Assembly (NCBI GenBank): GCA_040220235.1
Contig: JAVJTO010000070.1
DNA: 64,000 nucleotides
Source of the DNA: Coleofasciculus sp. B1-GNL1-01
GTDB taxonomy: Bacteria; Cyanobacteriota; Cyanobacteriia; Cyanobacteriales; Coleofasciculaceae
Direction: 5' to 3' (one strand)
The stretch's first letter is position 1; each line of letters opens with the position of its first letter. The notes below the pieces were generated by a model. The model saw only the letters and a list, made by a program, of their open reading frames with translations, had not been told where the DNA came from and searched no databases. A program made the position numbers and the translations under genes. Of this stretch, positions 39,697 through 49,725 are shown one piece after another.

Positions 39697-40008
39697 ATGC
39701 TCCAGTCTATCAACTCCCTCCTGGGACGTCATCCCGAACGCATCAACGCTAACGTAGAAATTTACACCTGGCAAACTTGCCCCTTTTGTATTCGTGCCAA
39801 GATATTACTGTGGTGGAAAGGCGTTAACTTCACAGAGTATAAAATCGACGGCGATGGAAGTGCCAGAATGAAAATGGCAGAACGAGCAAACGGACGGCGA
39901 ACCGTTCCCCAGATTTTCATCAACAACCAGCATATTGGTGGCTGTGATGATCTCTATAGTTTAGATAGTCAGGGCAAGTTAGATCCTTTATTATATCAGC
40001 CAGCTTAA
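39697..40008 (+). CDS. grxC: Glutaredoxin 3
   Basis: CPFC, TVPQIF, GGCDD. Confidence 0.92.
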   Translation: MLQSINSLLGRHPERINANVEIYTWQTCPFCIRAKILLWWKGVNFTEYKIDGDGSARMKMAERANGRRTVPQIFINNQHIGGCDDLYSLDSQGKLDPLLYQPA

Positions 40009-40194
40009 GCCTGAGAGAGAGTGGGTGAGGAAGATGGGGAACACCTCGACTGACCTCGACTTCGCTCGGTCACACGTTCGGTGTGTCAGATGGGGGAAAT
40101 GGGGAAGAGTGTGTAGGGGCGGGTTTTACCATTAACATTTAGTTGTCACCCTGATATAACTAAACCCGCCCCGATTAGAGTGCAGGTGATCTTC

Positions 40195-40306
40195 GACAAA
40201 TGACAAATGACAAATGACAAATGACAAATGACAAATGACTAATGACTAATGACTAATGACTAATGACAAATGACTAATGACTAATGACAAATGACTAATG
40301 ACTAAT
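40195..40306. repeat. Heptamer tandem repeat (STRR-type), 16 units of GAC(A/T)AAT
   Basis: 112 bp of contiguous GACAAAT/GACTAAT units directly after the rep gene stop. Confidence 0.95.
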
Positions 40307-40311
40307 AAAAA

Positions 40312-43300
40312 TCAACAATCCGACAAATTAAGACAAAGCTGCACATAGTCAACCCCAGCATCAGCATCAGCTTTATTGTTTGCCTCTTTTGAACAAGCAT
40401 CAAGTCGTTGATGAGACTTCTCTAACACCTCACAACTTTGCGCCAACCATTGCTGAAATACCTCAAACCGCCCATCCGAGGGATGAACCACCTGATAGAC
40501 ACGCACCCGATTTAAACGCTTACTTTCACGACCAATACATTGAAGTCCATAACCAATTTTATCTAACAAACGCCGCACAATCCGAATCGGTGTGGCATTT
40601 CGCGCCAATCCAATTCCCAACGTAGTTTTAATCGACGCCCGATTCGATAATGCCAATTGTGCCATCGCCTGCAAATCTTCATCCGTTCCCCTTAATTTAC
40701 GCCCCCGATCCGTTAACAAAACGGGAACCCCCAAAAGTTCCATTGTCCCTACCGCCGCCCCCAATTGAGAACGATTAAAATCGGGCAAGAAAATACTCCC
40801 ACCGCCTAACTCAATCAATTTACGTGCCATCACTGCATCCCGTTGCGCTAAATGATCTCGCCCTAAGGTGAGAAAATAATGCAGCAATAGCTTTTGATAC
40901 CAACCCTCATCATCCTTAGCCACCAGTTGGGCAGTCACTGGAATTCGATAACGCTGCTTTAACTCATATTTGCGAATCGCCCGTCGTTGGGCAAGGGTTT
41001 TCACTAATCGTTTTTGCCCAGTATGATATTGTTTATCACTCAGATCTTTAGCCCGCGCGATCGCTAAACATTCGGCTTGATAGTTTTGGTCTTTCACCGC
41101 CGCGATCGCAGCCGTCAGCGAATCGGGTTCAATCTTCCCCTCTGTCTGAGAAGCCGAGGAGACAATCTCCTCTTCCGCAGCCTCAACCACCTGATGCCCT
41201 TCCCTACGCAGCGCCGCCAGTACCGATTCCCGATACTGAAACATCGACGCATTATGCCTCACCGCCATTCTTGCCCAACACAATAGCGATTCGGCTTGAA
41301 ACCCCGTCTCAATATCATCAAGGGCATCAAAATCGGATTGTTGTAATAATCGAATATTAAGCTGAGTCAAACGTCGTCCCGATGTCAGCAAAGCCGGAAT
41401 CGACGTAGAACCATTCCCCACCCGATTAAACCCACAAGACGCCACCCAGAGGAACCGAGGCAGATTTTCCCGCACTCGCCCCAACGCCTGACGCACCGAA
41501 TTTTCACGTTGCACCCCAATCGCAATTCCCCAAACCGAGGTGAAATGTCCCTGCAACTCAATACTGACTCCGGTTTCAATCACCGGACTTGCCAGAACAA
41601 TATCATACTGACTCAACACCCCATCCAAATCACGCATACAGCCATACGCCGGATGAGTCGGTTCAGTCAGAGATTCGGAATCAATGCGGAGAATCTTTGC
41701 CTCAGGAAATCGAGAACGTAGATAGGCTTCCAACGTACAGGTTCCCCACTGACTCCCCCGTTTCTGGGCGGAAAGGCAAACAAAGGGTTTCCCACCAGCT
41801 GCAATGTGTCGTTCCAAATCCTGAATCAAGCGTTCTGGCTTACGTTCTGGATAATAGTTTACCCGCCAGGATTCAGACTCACTAGGTTTCCAGGTGTTGT
41901 GAATAATATAAGGATGTTGGGGAACCCCCGATAACGAAATCAAGTAATCGATAGAAACATCACTCAAATCCGCATCTGCCACATAAACTTGTCCCTCATC
42001 TCCCAAAACATTTTGCATCAATGTCTTCAGAGATTTCAGAATCGCCACTCGGTTACTCCTGCAAGTCTCCGAATCCAACCCATGCCAAAGAACCTGTTCC
42101 ACTTCATCAATAATCACCACTCCATCTGACCAGTTCACCGCCTCAAAGCCAGCCTGAGACGTAGGATGGAGAGAGTCAACGCAGAGACCATAGCCTAACC
42201 TAGCACCCGTTTCTGTATCCTGTATCTGAGTGACATAGTTCAAGCCAAAGCGCTGACATAACGCCTCCACGAGTCGCACCCGATGACCAATTACCAAAAC
42301 CCATTTCTGGCGCTTAATCGCCTCTTTGACAATTGTTTCTAACCACTGAGTTTTCCCTGTCCCTTTAGGGGATTTAATCCCAATCAATTTGGCATCCTCA
42401 GGAATCGATAATTCCCCTACATAGCGACGATTTATCTGTATCGTGGGCGGATACGTCAGCCCGGTTAAGGATTGGGCTTTCCAAGTATCTAGGGGGACAG
42501 CCGTTTGATAGGCTTCGTCAAATGCTGTTTGAGTCTGGTTGGCAATTAAATCATCCACCCCTTTTCCTTGGTCTGGATGCCAACTAATTATCTTGACAGA
42601 ACATCCCTTTTGGGTTAATAAATATCCCAACTGACGAATCGCGGCATTAACAGCTTTGATGGTACTGGGTTTAGTGTCTTGGTCGAAGGCAATATAAATG
42701 GTTCTCCCCGGTGTGGCTAATTTGAGTAACTGGGGAATTAGGCGAGACTTGCCGATCCGATTTCCTTGTTCATCTCTAGGGACACGATAGCCTCCGAATA
42801 CACCAGGGAGGGCAATTGCCGCATAGCCGGCGGTGAGTAAAGCCCCCGCTTTCTTTGCGCCCTCAGTAATACACAACGGGATTTCGGGATGGGCAATCAA
42901 CCACTGCCAAAATTTGCCGGAGACATTGTGAGTTTGTAGGGGCGGGTTTAGGGACTCGCCTGGGGCGATTGATGATAACGTTTGTACAAAACCCGTCCTG
43001 ACCGAATGTTCACCCTTGGCGACTATCGAGGGCATGGTTTGTAGGGGCGGGTTTAGGGACTCGCCTGGGGCGATTGATGGTAACGTTTCCTCAAAACCCG
43101 CCCTGACCGAATGTTCACCCTTAGCGACTATCGAGGGCATGGTTTGTAGGGGCGGGTTTAGGGACTCGCCTGGGGCGATTGATGGTAACGTTTGTACAAA
43201 ACCCGCCCTGACCGATGTGTCGGCGAGGTTTTCACGATTGTCGATGACGTGATTAAACCCACCCCCAGACACATCAAATGGAAGCGTCAGGTTATAGCGA

Positions 43301-43722
43301 TTAGCAATATCCTGCCACAGATGTAGGGGGACACGTAGAGCAAAAACACCTGTGGGGGCTAGGGGCGGATGTTCGTATTTAATCGGTTTTCCCGTCTGAG
43401 TATTGCGCCGAGGAGAACTAGGCTTGAAACAACCCCAAAGGTCATCATTACCCGTGAGTACGTCAATTCCGGAACACCACCATCCTCCTTGTTCCGTATG
43501 TTCGTAGCGCTTGAGGATGCGGTGACTGACCCGACCATCATTCCGTCGTGGTAATGTATCCGCGTAGAATAAATAGTTCGATGGGCAAGTGCCAGTTAAA
43601 GGGATAACGTTTAAGCGCGTGAGTTGGTCATCGATACAGCTACTGTTCCATTCTTGCAGATAATTCACGGGATTTGAGATTAAGGGGTTCATACGCAAAA
43701 CTACACTACATCTAGTAGTCAA
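40312..43722 (-). CDS. CyRepA1-family replication protein (DUF3854 primase-like domain + helicase)
   Basis: ITEGAKKA, AFDQD, KGVDD; Walker A SPKGTGKT, Walker B IIDEVEQ; the start may be a few codons downstream. Confidence 0.85.
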   Translation of the reverse strand: MTTRCSVVLRMNPLISNPVNYLQEWNSSCIDDQLTRLNVIPLTGTCPSNYLFYADTLPRRNDGRVSHRILKRYEHTEQGGWWCSGIDVLTGNDDLWGCFKPSSPRRNTQTGKPIKYEHPPLAPTGVFALRVPLHLWQDIANRYNLTLPFDVSGGGFNHVIDNRENLADTSVRAGFVQTLPSIAPGESLNPPLQTMPSIVAKGEHSVRAGFEETLPSIAPGESLNPPLQTMPSIVAKGEHSVRTGFVQTLSSIAPGESLNPPLQTHNVSGKFWQWLIAHPEIPLCITEGAKKAGALLTAGYAAIALPGVFGGYRVPRDEQGNRIGKSRLIPQLLKLATPGRTIYIAFDQDTKPSTIKAVNAAIRQLGYLLTQKGCSVKIISWHPDQGKGVDDLIANQTQTAFDEAYQTAVPLDTWKAQSLTGLTYPPTIQINRRYVGELSIPEDAKLIGIKSPKGTGKTQWLETIVKEAIKRQKWVLVIGHRVRLVEALCQRFGLNYVTQIQDTETGARLGYGLCVDSLHPTSQAGFEAVNWSDGVVIIDEVEQVLWHGLDSETCRSNRVAILKSLKTLMQNVLGDEGQVYVADADLSDVSIDYLISLSGVPQHPYIIHNTWKPSESESWRVNYYPERKPERLIQDLERHIAAGGKPFVCLSAQKRGSQWGTCTLEAYLRSRFPEAKILRIDSESLTEPTHPAYGCMRDLDGVLSQYDIVLASPVIETGVSIELQGHFTSVWGIAIGVQRENSVRQALGRVRENLPRFLWVASCGFNRVGNGSTSIPALLTSGRRLTQLNIRLLQQSDFDALDDIETGFQAESLLCWARMAVRHNASMFQYRESVLAALRREGHQVVEAAEEEIVSSASQTEGKIEPDSLTAAIAAVKDQNYQAECLAIARAKDLSDKQYHTGQKRLVKTLAQRRAIRKYELKQRYRIPVTAQLVAKDDEGWYQKLLLHYFLTLGRDHLAQRDAVMARKLIELGGGSIFLPDFNRSQLGAAVGTMELLGVPVLLTDRGRKLRGTDEDLQAMAQLALSNRASIKTTLGIGLARNATPIRIVRRLLDKIGYGLQCIGRESKRLNRVRVYQVVHPSDGRFEVFQQWLAQSCEVLEKSHQRLDACSKEANNKADADAGVDYVQLCLNLSDC
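42932..43215. repeat. 105-bp tandem repeat (2.7 units) in frame within the rep gene
   Basis: Units start at 42932, 43037 and 43142; each contains the GTAGGGGCGGGTTT...AAAACCCGCCCTGAC palindrome. Confidence 0.93.
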
Positions 43723-44233
43723 ACTGAATAGCTTAGGAAAGGAACACTAATTATAGGGCTTGTTGACCAATGCTTGAAGCGTCATGTAAAAAAGTGGCGG
43801 TGCAGGGGTGCGGGAAGTACAGGAATGAGATGTTCCAGACGTAGCCTGTTAGGTCTCTATCGCCAAATTGCTACCAAATTGTCCAAATTTTGGGTAGAGC
43901 GATCGCGAAACCAGCTCCCCAACTTCTTCGTTGAACTAGATTTACAAGTCGCCGATCTACCGGGAGTTGGCAAGAATTGTGGCTTAAGTTGACACGGATG
44001 CACCGACGTGCGTCCCTACGGTTTCCGGTTGAGTTAAATTCAGGACTAATGGAATTCAGGATAATTGAGGTAACTTTCAAAAAACATTAAAACTTTAGAA
44101 CAAAAGCCCTAAATCATTAATGTAAACTCTGATTGCGCCTAAATTCTGCCTTTTAAACTCCTCAATAAAACCGAATTTTATTTGAAATAAGAATGCGACA
44201 ATAAAAATCAACAACCTACCCCTAGGTCGATAA

Positions 44234-44602
44234 ATGACTAAATGCTTAATTCGTCTAGCTAGCACTAGCCTTTTAGGAACTTTAACCTTTGCCACAGCTA
44301 GTCATGCTATACCTGCATTTATCGATTTATCAATTAACCAAGCAATTATTTGTGCTAATTGCAAACAGGTGCTTTTACCCAATCAAAAACCGCTGAATTT
44401 TAAACCTACAGGAGATTTAACCTTGAATCAAACAACGACAAGTAGTAATAAAGAGCCTCGACCTTCCCCGCACAATTTCCTAACCCGTTCTGAATGTCGG
44501 GGCAGTTCCCGCAGACAGAAAAAACAAAACTATTCAATTTTATATTTTCGCTTTTGGATTACCGAAGAAGCCTGTAATGTGGGCAAGCTTTATCAAGATT
44601 AA
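44234..44602 (+). CDS. Small exported protein with RGSSRR motif (PatX-like?)
   Basis: Signal peptide-like N-terminus ending ASHA; Pro-rich stretch, then CRGSSRR. Confidence 0.5.
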   Translation: MTKCLIRLASTSLLGTLTFATASHAIPAFIDLSINQAIICANCKQVLLPNQKPLNFKPTGDLTLNQTTTSSNKEPRPSPHNFLTRSECRGSSRRQKKQNYSILYFRFWITEEACNVGKLYQD

Positions 44603-44638
44603 AACCACATAGTTAAGGGCTTAAAAAATATTTTATCC

Positions 44639-45340
44639 TTAATTATTCACCGGACTCACTTTAGCCCGATACAATAATTTATCACCTTGCCGATAGCCCA
44701 CATAACGAACTCGCACCAGCTCTCCGGGTTGAACGGTTCCCGACATTAATTGATGCCATTGGGGATCATAAGCCAATTCATCACCAACGGAGGCGATCGC
44801 TTCTATGCCCCATTGTTGCAGAAGCTGTTCCACTGGCTTGATTAGAGGCAATAATCGGATGGCAGGTAACTGGTCATTCTGAGTTACCGCATAAGCGGCT
44901 GTGGGCCACTGTAATAACCATGATTCTAATACCTGCACACTCGATTGCTGAAATTCCTGTAAAAGGGTTTCGCGTTGTTCGGCGAATTGCTGTTGTAGTC
45001 GGTTGTATTCCTGCTTGAGGTTGTCAAGGCTTTGCAATGTGGGAATCTCAGAACTCGGTGAAGTGCGATCGCGCGGCGGCGTCATCGGGGAGATTGATTC
45101 GGGTGAAAATAAGGTTAGCAATTGATCGACCGATATTTGCAATACCTGCGATAATTTCAGCAGCGTCTCTACCCGCATTTGCGATACCTCTCCCTGTCGC
45201 AGACGTTTCAGTTGTCGTTCAGACACACCACTGACGCGACTCAGTTGGCGAAAACTGGACACATCCACCTGCTGCATGAGGTATTGTAACTGTTGGGTGT
45301 AATTCGGGGCAGACTGATTCTTATGGCTAGATGTGGACAT
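44639..45340 (-). CDS. XRE-type HTH protein with coiled coil and GrpE-like C-terminus
   Basis: SFRQLSRVSGVSERQL HTH; YDPQWHQLM..VRVRYVGY..LLYRAKV. Confidence 0.8.
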   Translation of the reverse strand: MSTSSHKNQSAPNYTQQLQYLMQQVDVSSFRQLSRVSGVSERQLKRLRQGEVSQMRVETLLKLSQVLQISVDQLLTLFSPESISPMTPPRDRTSPSSEIPTLQSLDNLKQEYNRLQQQFAEQRETLLQEFQQSSVQVLESWLLQWPTAAYAVTQNDQLPAIRLLPLIKPVEQLLQQWGIEAIASVGDELAYDPQWHQLMSGTVQPGELVRVRYVGYRQGDKLLYRAKVSPVNN

Positions 45341-45596
45341 GAGTATGAGTGATCGGGAATAGTTATAGTATTTTGACAGACTTGAGCTGTTTTCCGTCAA
45401 AAGCCTCACGTCAACCTGATGTCCTAACGTATCCTGACGCACCGACACGCCATAGAGTTGGGGTAGGAGATATCCTACCCCGACAAACAGTAATTCAACA
45501 GTACAGCGTAAGTCCTGCAAGAATCGCAAAAATTAGGTTGATTCCTTCCCCTGTTCTCAGACGCACCCTGATATGTCTGGAACATTCTTCCCTGAC

Positions 45597-45869
45597 TTAA
45601 TAAACACCCCGTTGAACAAATCGTTGCCAAATAAAGATGGCAATAATCGCTCCCAAAACAGCCACGACAACACCGGGAATACTCAACGATGTTGCTGTCA
45701 TGGCTAATTCCCCCGTCGTTAGAAGTGTTGCCAAGGTTCCACCCAGAAAAGCACCGACAATTCCCAGTAATAGAGTGGAAATAATGTTGCCACCTTGATG
45801 ACCTGGGTAAATTGCCTTGGCAATTGCACCAGCTAGTAAACCCAAAACTATCCAAGCCAAGATATTCAT
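45597..45869 (-). CDS. GlsB/YeaQ/YmgE family stress membrane protein
   Basis: MNILAWIVLGLLAGAIAK...LLGIVGAFLGG...AVLGAII. Confidence 0.92.
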   Translation of the reverse strand: MNILAWIVLGLLAGAIAKAIYPGHQGGNIISTLLLGIVGAFLGGTLATLLTTGELAMTATSLSIPGVVVAVLGAIIAIFIWQRFVQRGVY

Positions 45870-46312
45870 GGTTTTTTCTCCAACCTAATAGTTATTGATG
45901 TTGATGAGTTTATCTTTTTGAGTTTTGATTCAACCTCTATCTCCAGAAATAAGCTGGACAAATAAAACCTTCATTTTTTAAGTTTTATCAAAAAAATAAC
46001 TCATCTTATTGACGAAAACAGCCAGATGCGGACAGCTCAACAACGCCCCGACACAATTATGTAAAGCTGATTACGGTACTTTTCGGAGTAAAAAATGCTA
46101 CATCTTTAGGGTTTGTACTTAGTCCAAAAGAAATATTCCTAAAACAAGCTAAATTTAATTGAAGCTTTGTTTTAACTAACAATCATCTATCACTTTATAT
46201 AAGTATAAGTTATTCACTTCGGCAGAAGAAGCCGCTAGGAATCAGAGATTAAATAGGAAGGGTAGACCAGAAAACGGCATTAAAAAAACCTTTCCTGCTG
46301 GGAGAAAAATAA

Positions 46313-48103
46313 ATGACTTTAAGACACCATAAACGAGCGATAGGCACTTTTCCCAACCGCCAAGACGCTGAATCGGCACTGAGAGACCTAAGAAATTCTC
46401 ACTACCCGATGGATAAAATTTCCGTGATCACCCAGGATTCTCATCGACCGAATCAAGTTGGTGGAACAAATGGACATAAGAAAGTAAGTAACAAAGCCGA
46501 TGAAGGTGCGACAACAGGTGTTGTCACCGGAGGTGCATTAGGAGGTTTGACAGGCTTGTTAGTCGGTTTGGGTACCTTAGCCATTCCCGGCGTCGGACCG
46601 ATTTTACTAGCCGGTGCAACAGCAACCGCGATTGCAACCACCATAGCAGGCGGGGCTATCGGAGCAGCTGCAGGTGGTTTGGTTGGCGCACTCATTGGGT
46701 TAGGCATTCCGGAACACCGAGCCAAAGTGTACAATGAGCGAGTCTCTCGCGGAGACTATTTAGTCATCGTAGAAGGCACTGAAGCCGAAATCCAACGTGC
46801 CGAACGCATTTTGCACCATCGCGGGATTCAAGAGTGGGATATTTTCGATGCGCCGAAAATGGCTCCCTCTGGTACCCACCCTGTCACCTCCAAGACTTTT
46901 GATCATCATTTAGATCACCATCACTCTCGTGCCATTGGTATATTTCCCCACTATCACCATACCGATGCTGCCATTCGCGAATTAAACCAGGTGGGTTTTC
47001 CTCTCAGTCAAATTTCCATAATTTCCCGTGATCAGGATCGCCATAACTGGATACCGGGTTTGAATGTTAGCGATCGCTTCGATAAAACATCATTGGGTTT
47101 TCTCAATGATCGTCATCACTTCTTTCATGACCAATTCAAGCGGGGTGAATTCCTGATCGTTTTAGAGGGTACAAAAACCCAAATCCGTCGCGCCGAAGCC
47201 ATCTTGCACCGTCACGGTGTTCGAGAATGGGACAGTTTTAATGCACCGGATGACAACGCCTCTGAGACGGATCAACCCCTTGTCTGTACTCCCCATGCTG
47301 ACACCACTCGCAATCACCATGCCATTGGTGTGTTTAAGAAGCGTCATAACCTGGAAACCACCCTCTGGGAATTGAGTAATGTTGGCTTTCCCATGAACCA
47401 CGTTTCTCTAGTTAGCCGTGACAACAAGCACCACAACTGGATACCGGGTTTAAGTGTTTGCGATCGCTTTGATCAGACATCCTTAGACTTTCTGGGAGAA
47501 CGTCATCACGCTTTCCACAACCGATTTAACCAGGGTGAATACTTGCTAATCCTAGAAGACAAAGAAGACCAAATCCGTCGCGTCGAACCGATCTTGCACC
47601 GTCATGGTGTCCAAGACTGGGAAGTTTTTGACGGACTCAATACTAATCACTCTCGTCGGAGTAATTCCATGGCTAATACTTCCCACTCGTTAGGACACCA
47701 TCATCGGGCGGTTGGTACATTCTCCCATCGCCCTAATATGGATACAGCAATCCAGGAATTATATGATGCCGATTTTCCCATGAATCAAGTGTCTGTGATT
47801 GCGCGGGACTATCAGCGCCACAACTTGATACCTAATCTTACCATTCGCGATCGCTTTGATAGTGCTTTCGGCTTTCTCGGACAACGTAATTCCTTATTCC
47901 ATGACCGATTCAACCAAGGTGCATTTCTGGTCATGGTAGAAGGCACCCAAGCCCAAATCCACCAGGCTGAAACCATCTTGCGCCGTCATGGGATGCAGGA
48001 TTGGGGAATTTATAATTCGACTACGGGTCAGGTTAAGCAACCCCATCGCATCAACCGGATTAGTGATGCTCCTGAAGTCGTAATTGTTGACCGTCGCCAT
48101 TAA
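46313..48103 (+). CDS. General stress protein (YflT-like domain + glycine zipper) with four His-rich repeats
   Basis: Four RAIG.F...A..EL...GFP...IS units, each ending (R/Q)AE.ILH.HG..EW; IPGVGPILLAG hairpin. Confidence 0.8.
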   Translation: MTLRHHKRAIGTFPNRQDAESALRDLRNSHYPMDKISVITQDSHRPNQVGGTNGHKKVSNKADEGATTGVVTGGALGGLTGLLVGLGTLAIPGVGPILLAGATATAIATTIAGGAIGAAAGGLVGALIGLGIPEHRAKVYNERVSRGDYLVIVEGTEAEIQRAERILHHRGIQEWDIFDAPKMAPSGTHPVTSKTFDHHLDHHHSRAIGIFPHYHHTDAAIRELNQVGFPLSQISIISRDQDRHNWIPGLNVSDRFDKTSLGFLNDRHHFFHDQFKRGEFLIVLEGTKTQIRRAEAILHRHGVREWDSFNAPDDNASETDQPLVCTPHADTTRNHHAIGVFKKRHNLETTLWELSNVGFPMNHVSLVSRDNKHHNWIPGLSVCDRFDQTSLDFLGERHHAFHNRFNQGEYLLILEDKEDQIRRVEPILHRHGVQDWEVFDGLNTNHSRRSNSMANTSHSLGHHHRAVGTFSHRPNMDTAIQELYDADFPMNQVSVIARDYQRHNLIPNLTIRDRFDSAFGFLGQRNSLFHDRFNQGAFLVMVEGTQAQIHQAETILRRHGMQDWGIYNSTTGQVKQPHRINRISDAPEVVIVDRRH

Positions 48104-48389
48104 ACCGTCTCATACAAGTAGAAGGCAGACAACTCTGAGGTTAGCAGGTTAATCAATCGGGTTTCTCAATGTTTAAAGGATGATATTTATTCAGTCCTTA
48201 ATCAAGAAACCCGGTTCTTGAAATTATCGGCATTGGTGTTCTAATCCTGATTATTTCGATAATTGACCTAATCTGCAATACTCAAATCTCGTGAAAATTA
48301 CCTTACTGGTGTCAGTAAGGAATTTCTTAACCATGCCAAAAATCAAGGATTAAAATCCTTGTCTCCTGTTTTCACCCTTAGGAAAAACC

Positions 48390-48866
48390 ATGAAAAAATT
48401 CACTCCAGTTCTCTTGGCTAGTGTTATGCTCTTTGGTGCCGTAGCCTGCGCCGACGGTGCTAAAACCAGTGCAGATGCTCCAAATACAATTACAGACCCC
48501 GCAGAAATTCCAGACGCTGACGAGGCTCAAGATAGCCAGAAAGACGCTCAAAGTCAAGTCCGCCAAAACCAGCTTAATTCTGACATTCGCGCCCGGGAGC
48601 AGCGCAATAATGCCTTAAATGACGGTGCGGCTGAAGATAGAAGTGATGATGACCTAGAGAGCGAAGTTCGCAGTAAACTCGAAGCGAATCTTCCCGCTGG
48701 TGCCTTAGTGATTGAAGCAGAGGACGGTGTTGTAATGGTATCGGGAACGGTTCCCACTCAGGAACAATTTGAGAGAATTGAACCTTTGGCAAAAGAAATT
48801 AAAGGGGTTCAGTCTGTCAATGTTAAAGCTGCCGTTGCTCCCGCACAACCGAAGGAGAATAATTGA
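48390..48866 (+). CDS. BON-domain lipoprotein
   Basis: Lipobox AVAC; DGVVMVSGTV...AKEIKGVQSV. Confidence 0.88.
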   Translation: MKKFTPVLLASVMLFGAVACADGAKTSADAPNTITDPAEIPDADEAQDSQKDAQSQVRQNQLNSDIRAREQRNNALNDGAAEDRSDDDLESEVRSKLEANLPAGALVIEAEDGVVMVSGTVPTQEQFERIEPLAKEIKGVQSVNVKAAVAPAQPKENN

Positions 48867-48906
48867 ACCCCTGAAATTGGTTTCAATAATTAATTTAATT
48901 AACCCC

Positions 48907-48947
48907 AAAAGCCAAACTTATTGGAAATTAAAGTCTGGCTTTTTTTT
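48907..48947 (+). terminator. Rho-independent terminator
   Basis: AAAAGCCAAACTT...AAGTCTGGCTTTTTTTT downstream of the BON gene. Confidence 0.65.
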
Positions 48948-49201
48948 GTTGTATAGCAGTAGACACATCGATTAGGACCAAAGAACTGTTGTAGAGACGT
49001 TGCCTGCAACGTCTCTACCCAATTATGCGTCCTCTAGTGAAACCTGTTTTATCAGTAGATCTACTGATACTGATTCAACTAACCCCTTAAGTTGGATAAA
49101 ATCACGGTGTTTGTTCCTCCAAGTCTCCGCCTATCCTAGTGATGCAATAAATCGTTGGCGTTCACCACCTGCCACTTTTTTATTCCAAGGGGGATACATC
49201 C

Positions 49202-49417
49202 ATGACGGTAAACTGGAAAGCATTGCTGGCAAAAACAACGGTATGGTTAGCGGCTGAGATATTGCTCAATCTTCTAGGACTTGATAATCTAGCTGATTAC
49301 AGCGAGTTTATTTTTGGACGACAACTCACAGATTTATCCCAGCCAGCCCTGTCCCAGTTGATGCTGTTTACCCCTTCCTCAACGGGAGAGGATAATCCTA
49401 TGTCTTGGGTGAGTTAA
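49202..49417 (+). CDS. Small conserved cyanobacterial hypothetical protein
   Basis: [22 protein letters not shown] motif; GGGG RBS-like sequence upstream. Confidence 0.65.
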   Translation: MTVNWKALLAKTTVWLAAEILLNLLGLDNLADYSEFIFGRQLTDLSQPALSQLMLFTPSSTGEDNPMSWVS

Positions 49418-49564
49418 GCTTAGTGGCAAAATCTCTCTTAACGGATGAGGCAATTTTGAGTTCCTCTGAATCGGTAAGTCCTCCACTGTCTTAATGAAGT
49501 GGCTATGACCGATAATAATATTACACCCTTCCGGAAGCTCTACGGAAACTGACTTCAGTTCCAT
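49379..49564 (-). pseudogene. 5' fragment of an adenosine-specific kinase (DUF355) gene
   Basis: MELKSV...[16 protein letters not shown], then similarity stops; GAGGAG RBS. Confidence 0.72.
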
Positions 49565-49688
49565 AGCTGTCTCCTCACGCGCTACCTACCCTACCCTACA
49601 GCTTTTATTTTCATCAGTCAGGGGTCACGGATCACGGGTTAGGCTGCCACTTCTTTACAAAACTCAACATCTTTTTTGCAAATAGGGG

Positions 49689-49718
49689 GTGACACCCCTC
49701 ACCCCCAATGACTATAAT
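49689..49718 (+). promoter_or_regulatory. Sigma70-type promoter
   Basis: GTGACA-N18-TATAAT immediately before the sRNA candidate. Confidence 0.6.
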
Positions 49719-49725
49719 TATGCTT

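Noticed and set aside
42932..43215. Possible CRISPR array (regularly spaced palindromic repeats)
   Set aside because: The intervening sequences are near-identical rather than unique spacers, the period is 105 bp, the tract lies in frame in a CDS, and no cas genes are present.
43016..43252. 78-aa repeat ORF on the plus strand
   Set aside because: Antisense reading of the 105-bp repeat inside the rep gene.
45341..45529. N-terminal extension of the XRE/GrpE-like ORF
   Set aside because: It runs through a hairpin and a repeat fragment; the ATG at 45340 is the more plausible start.
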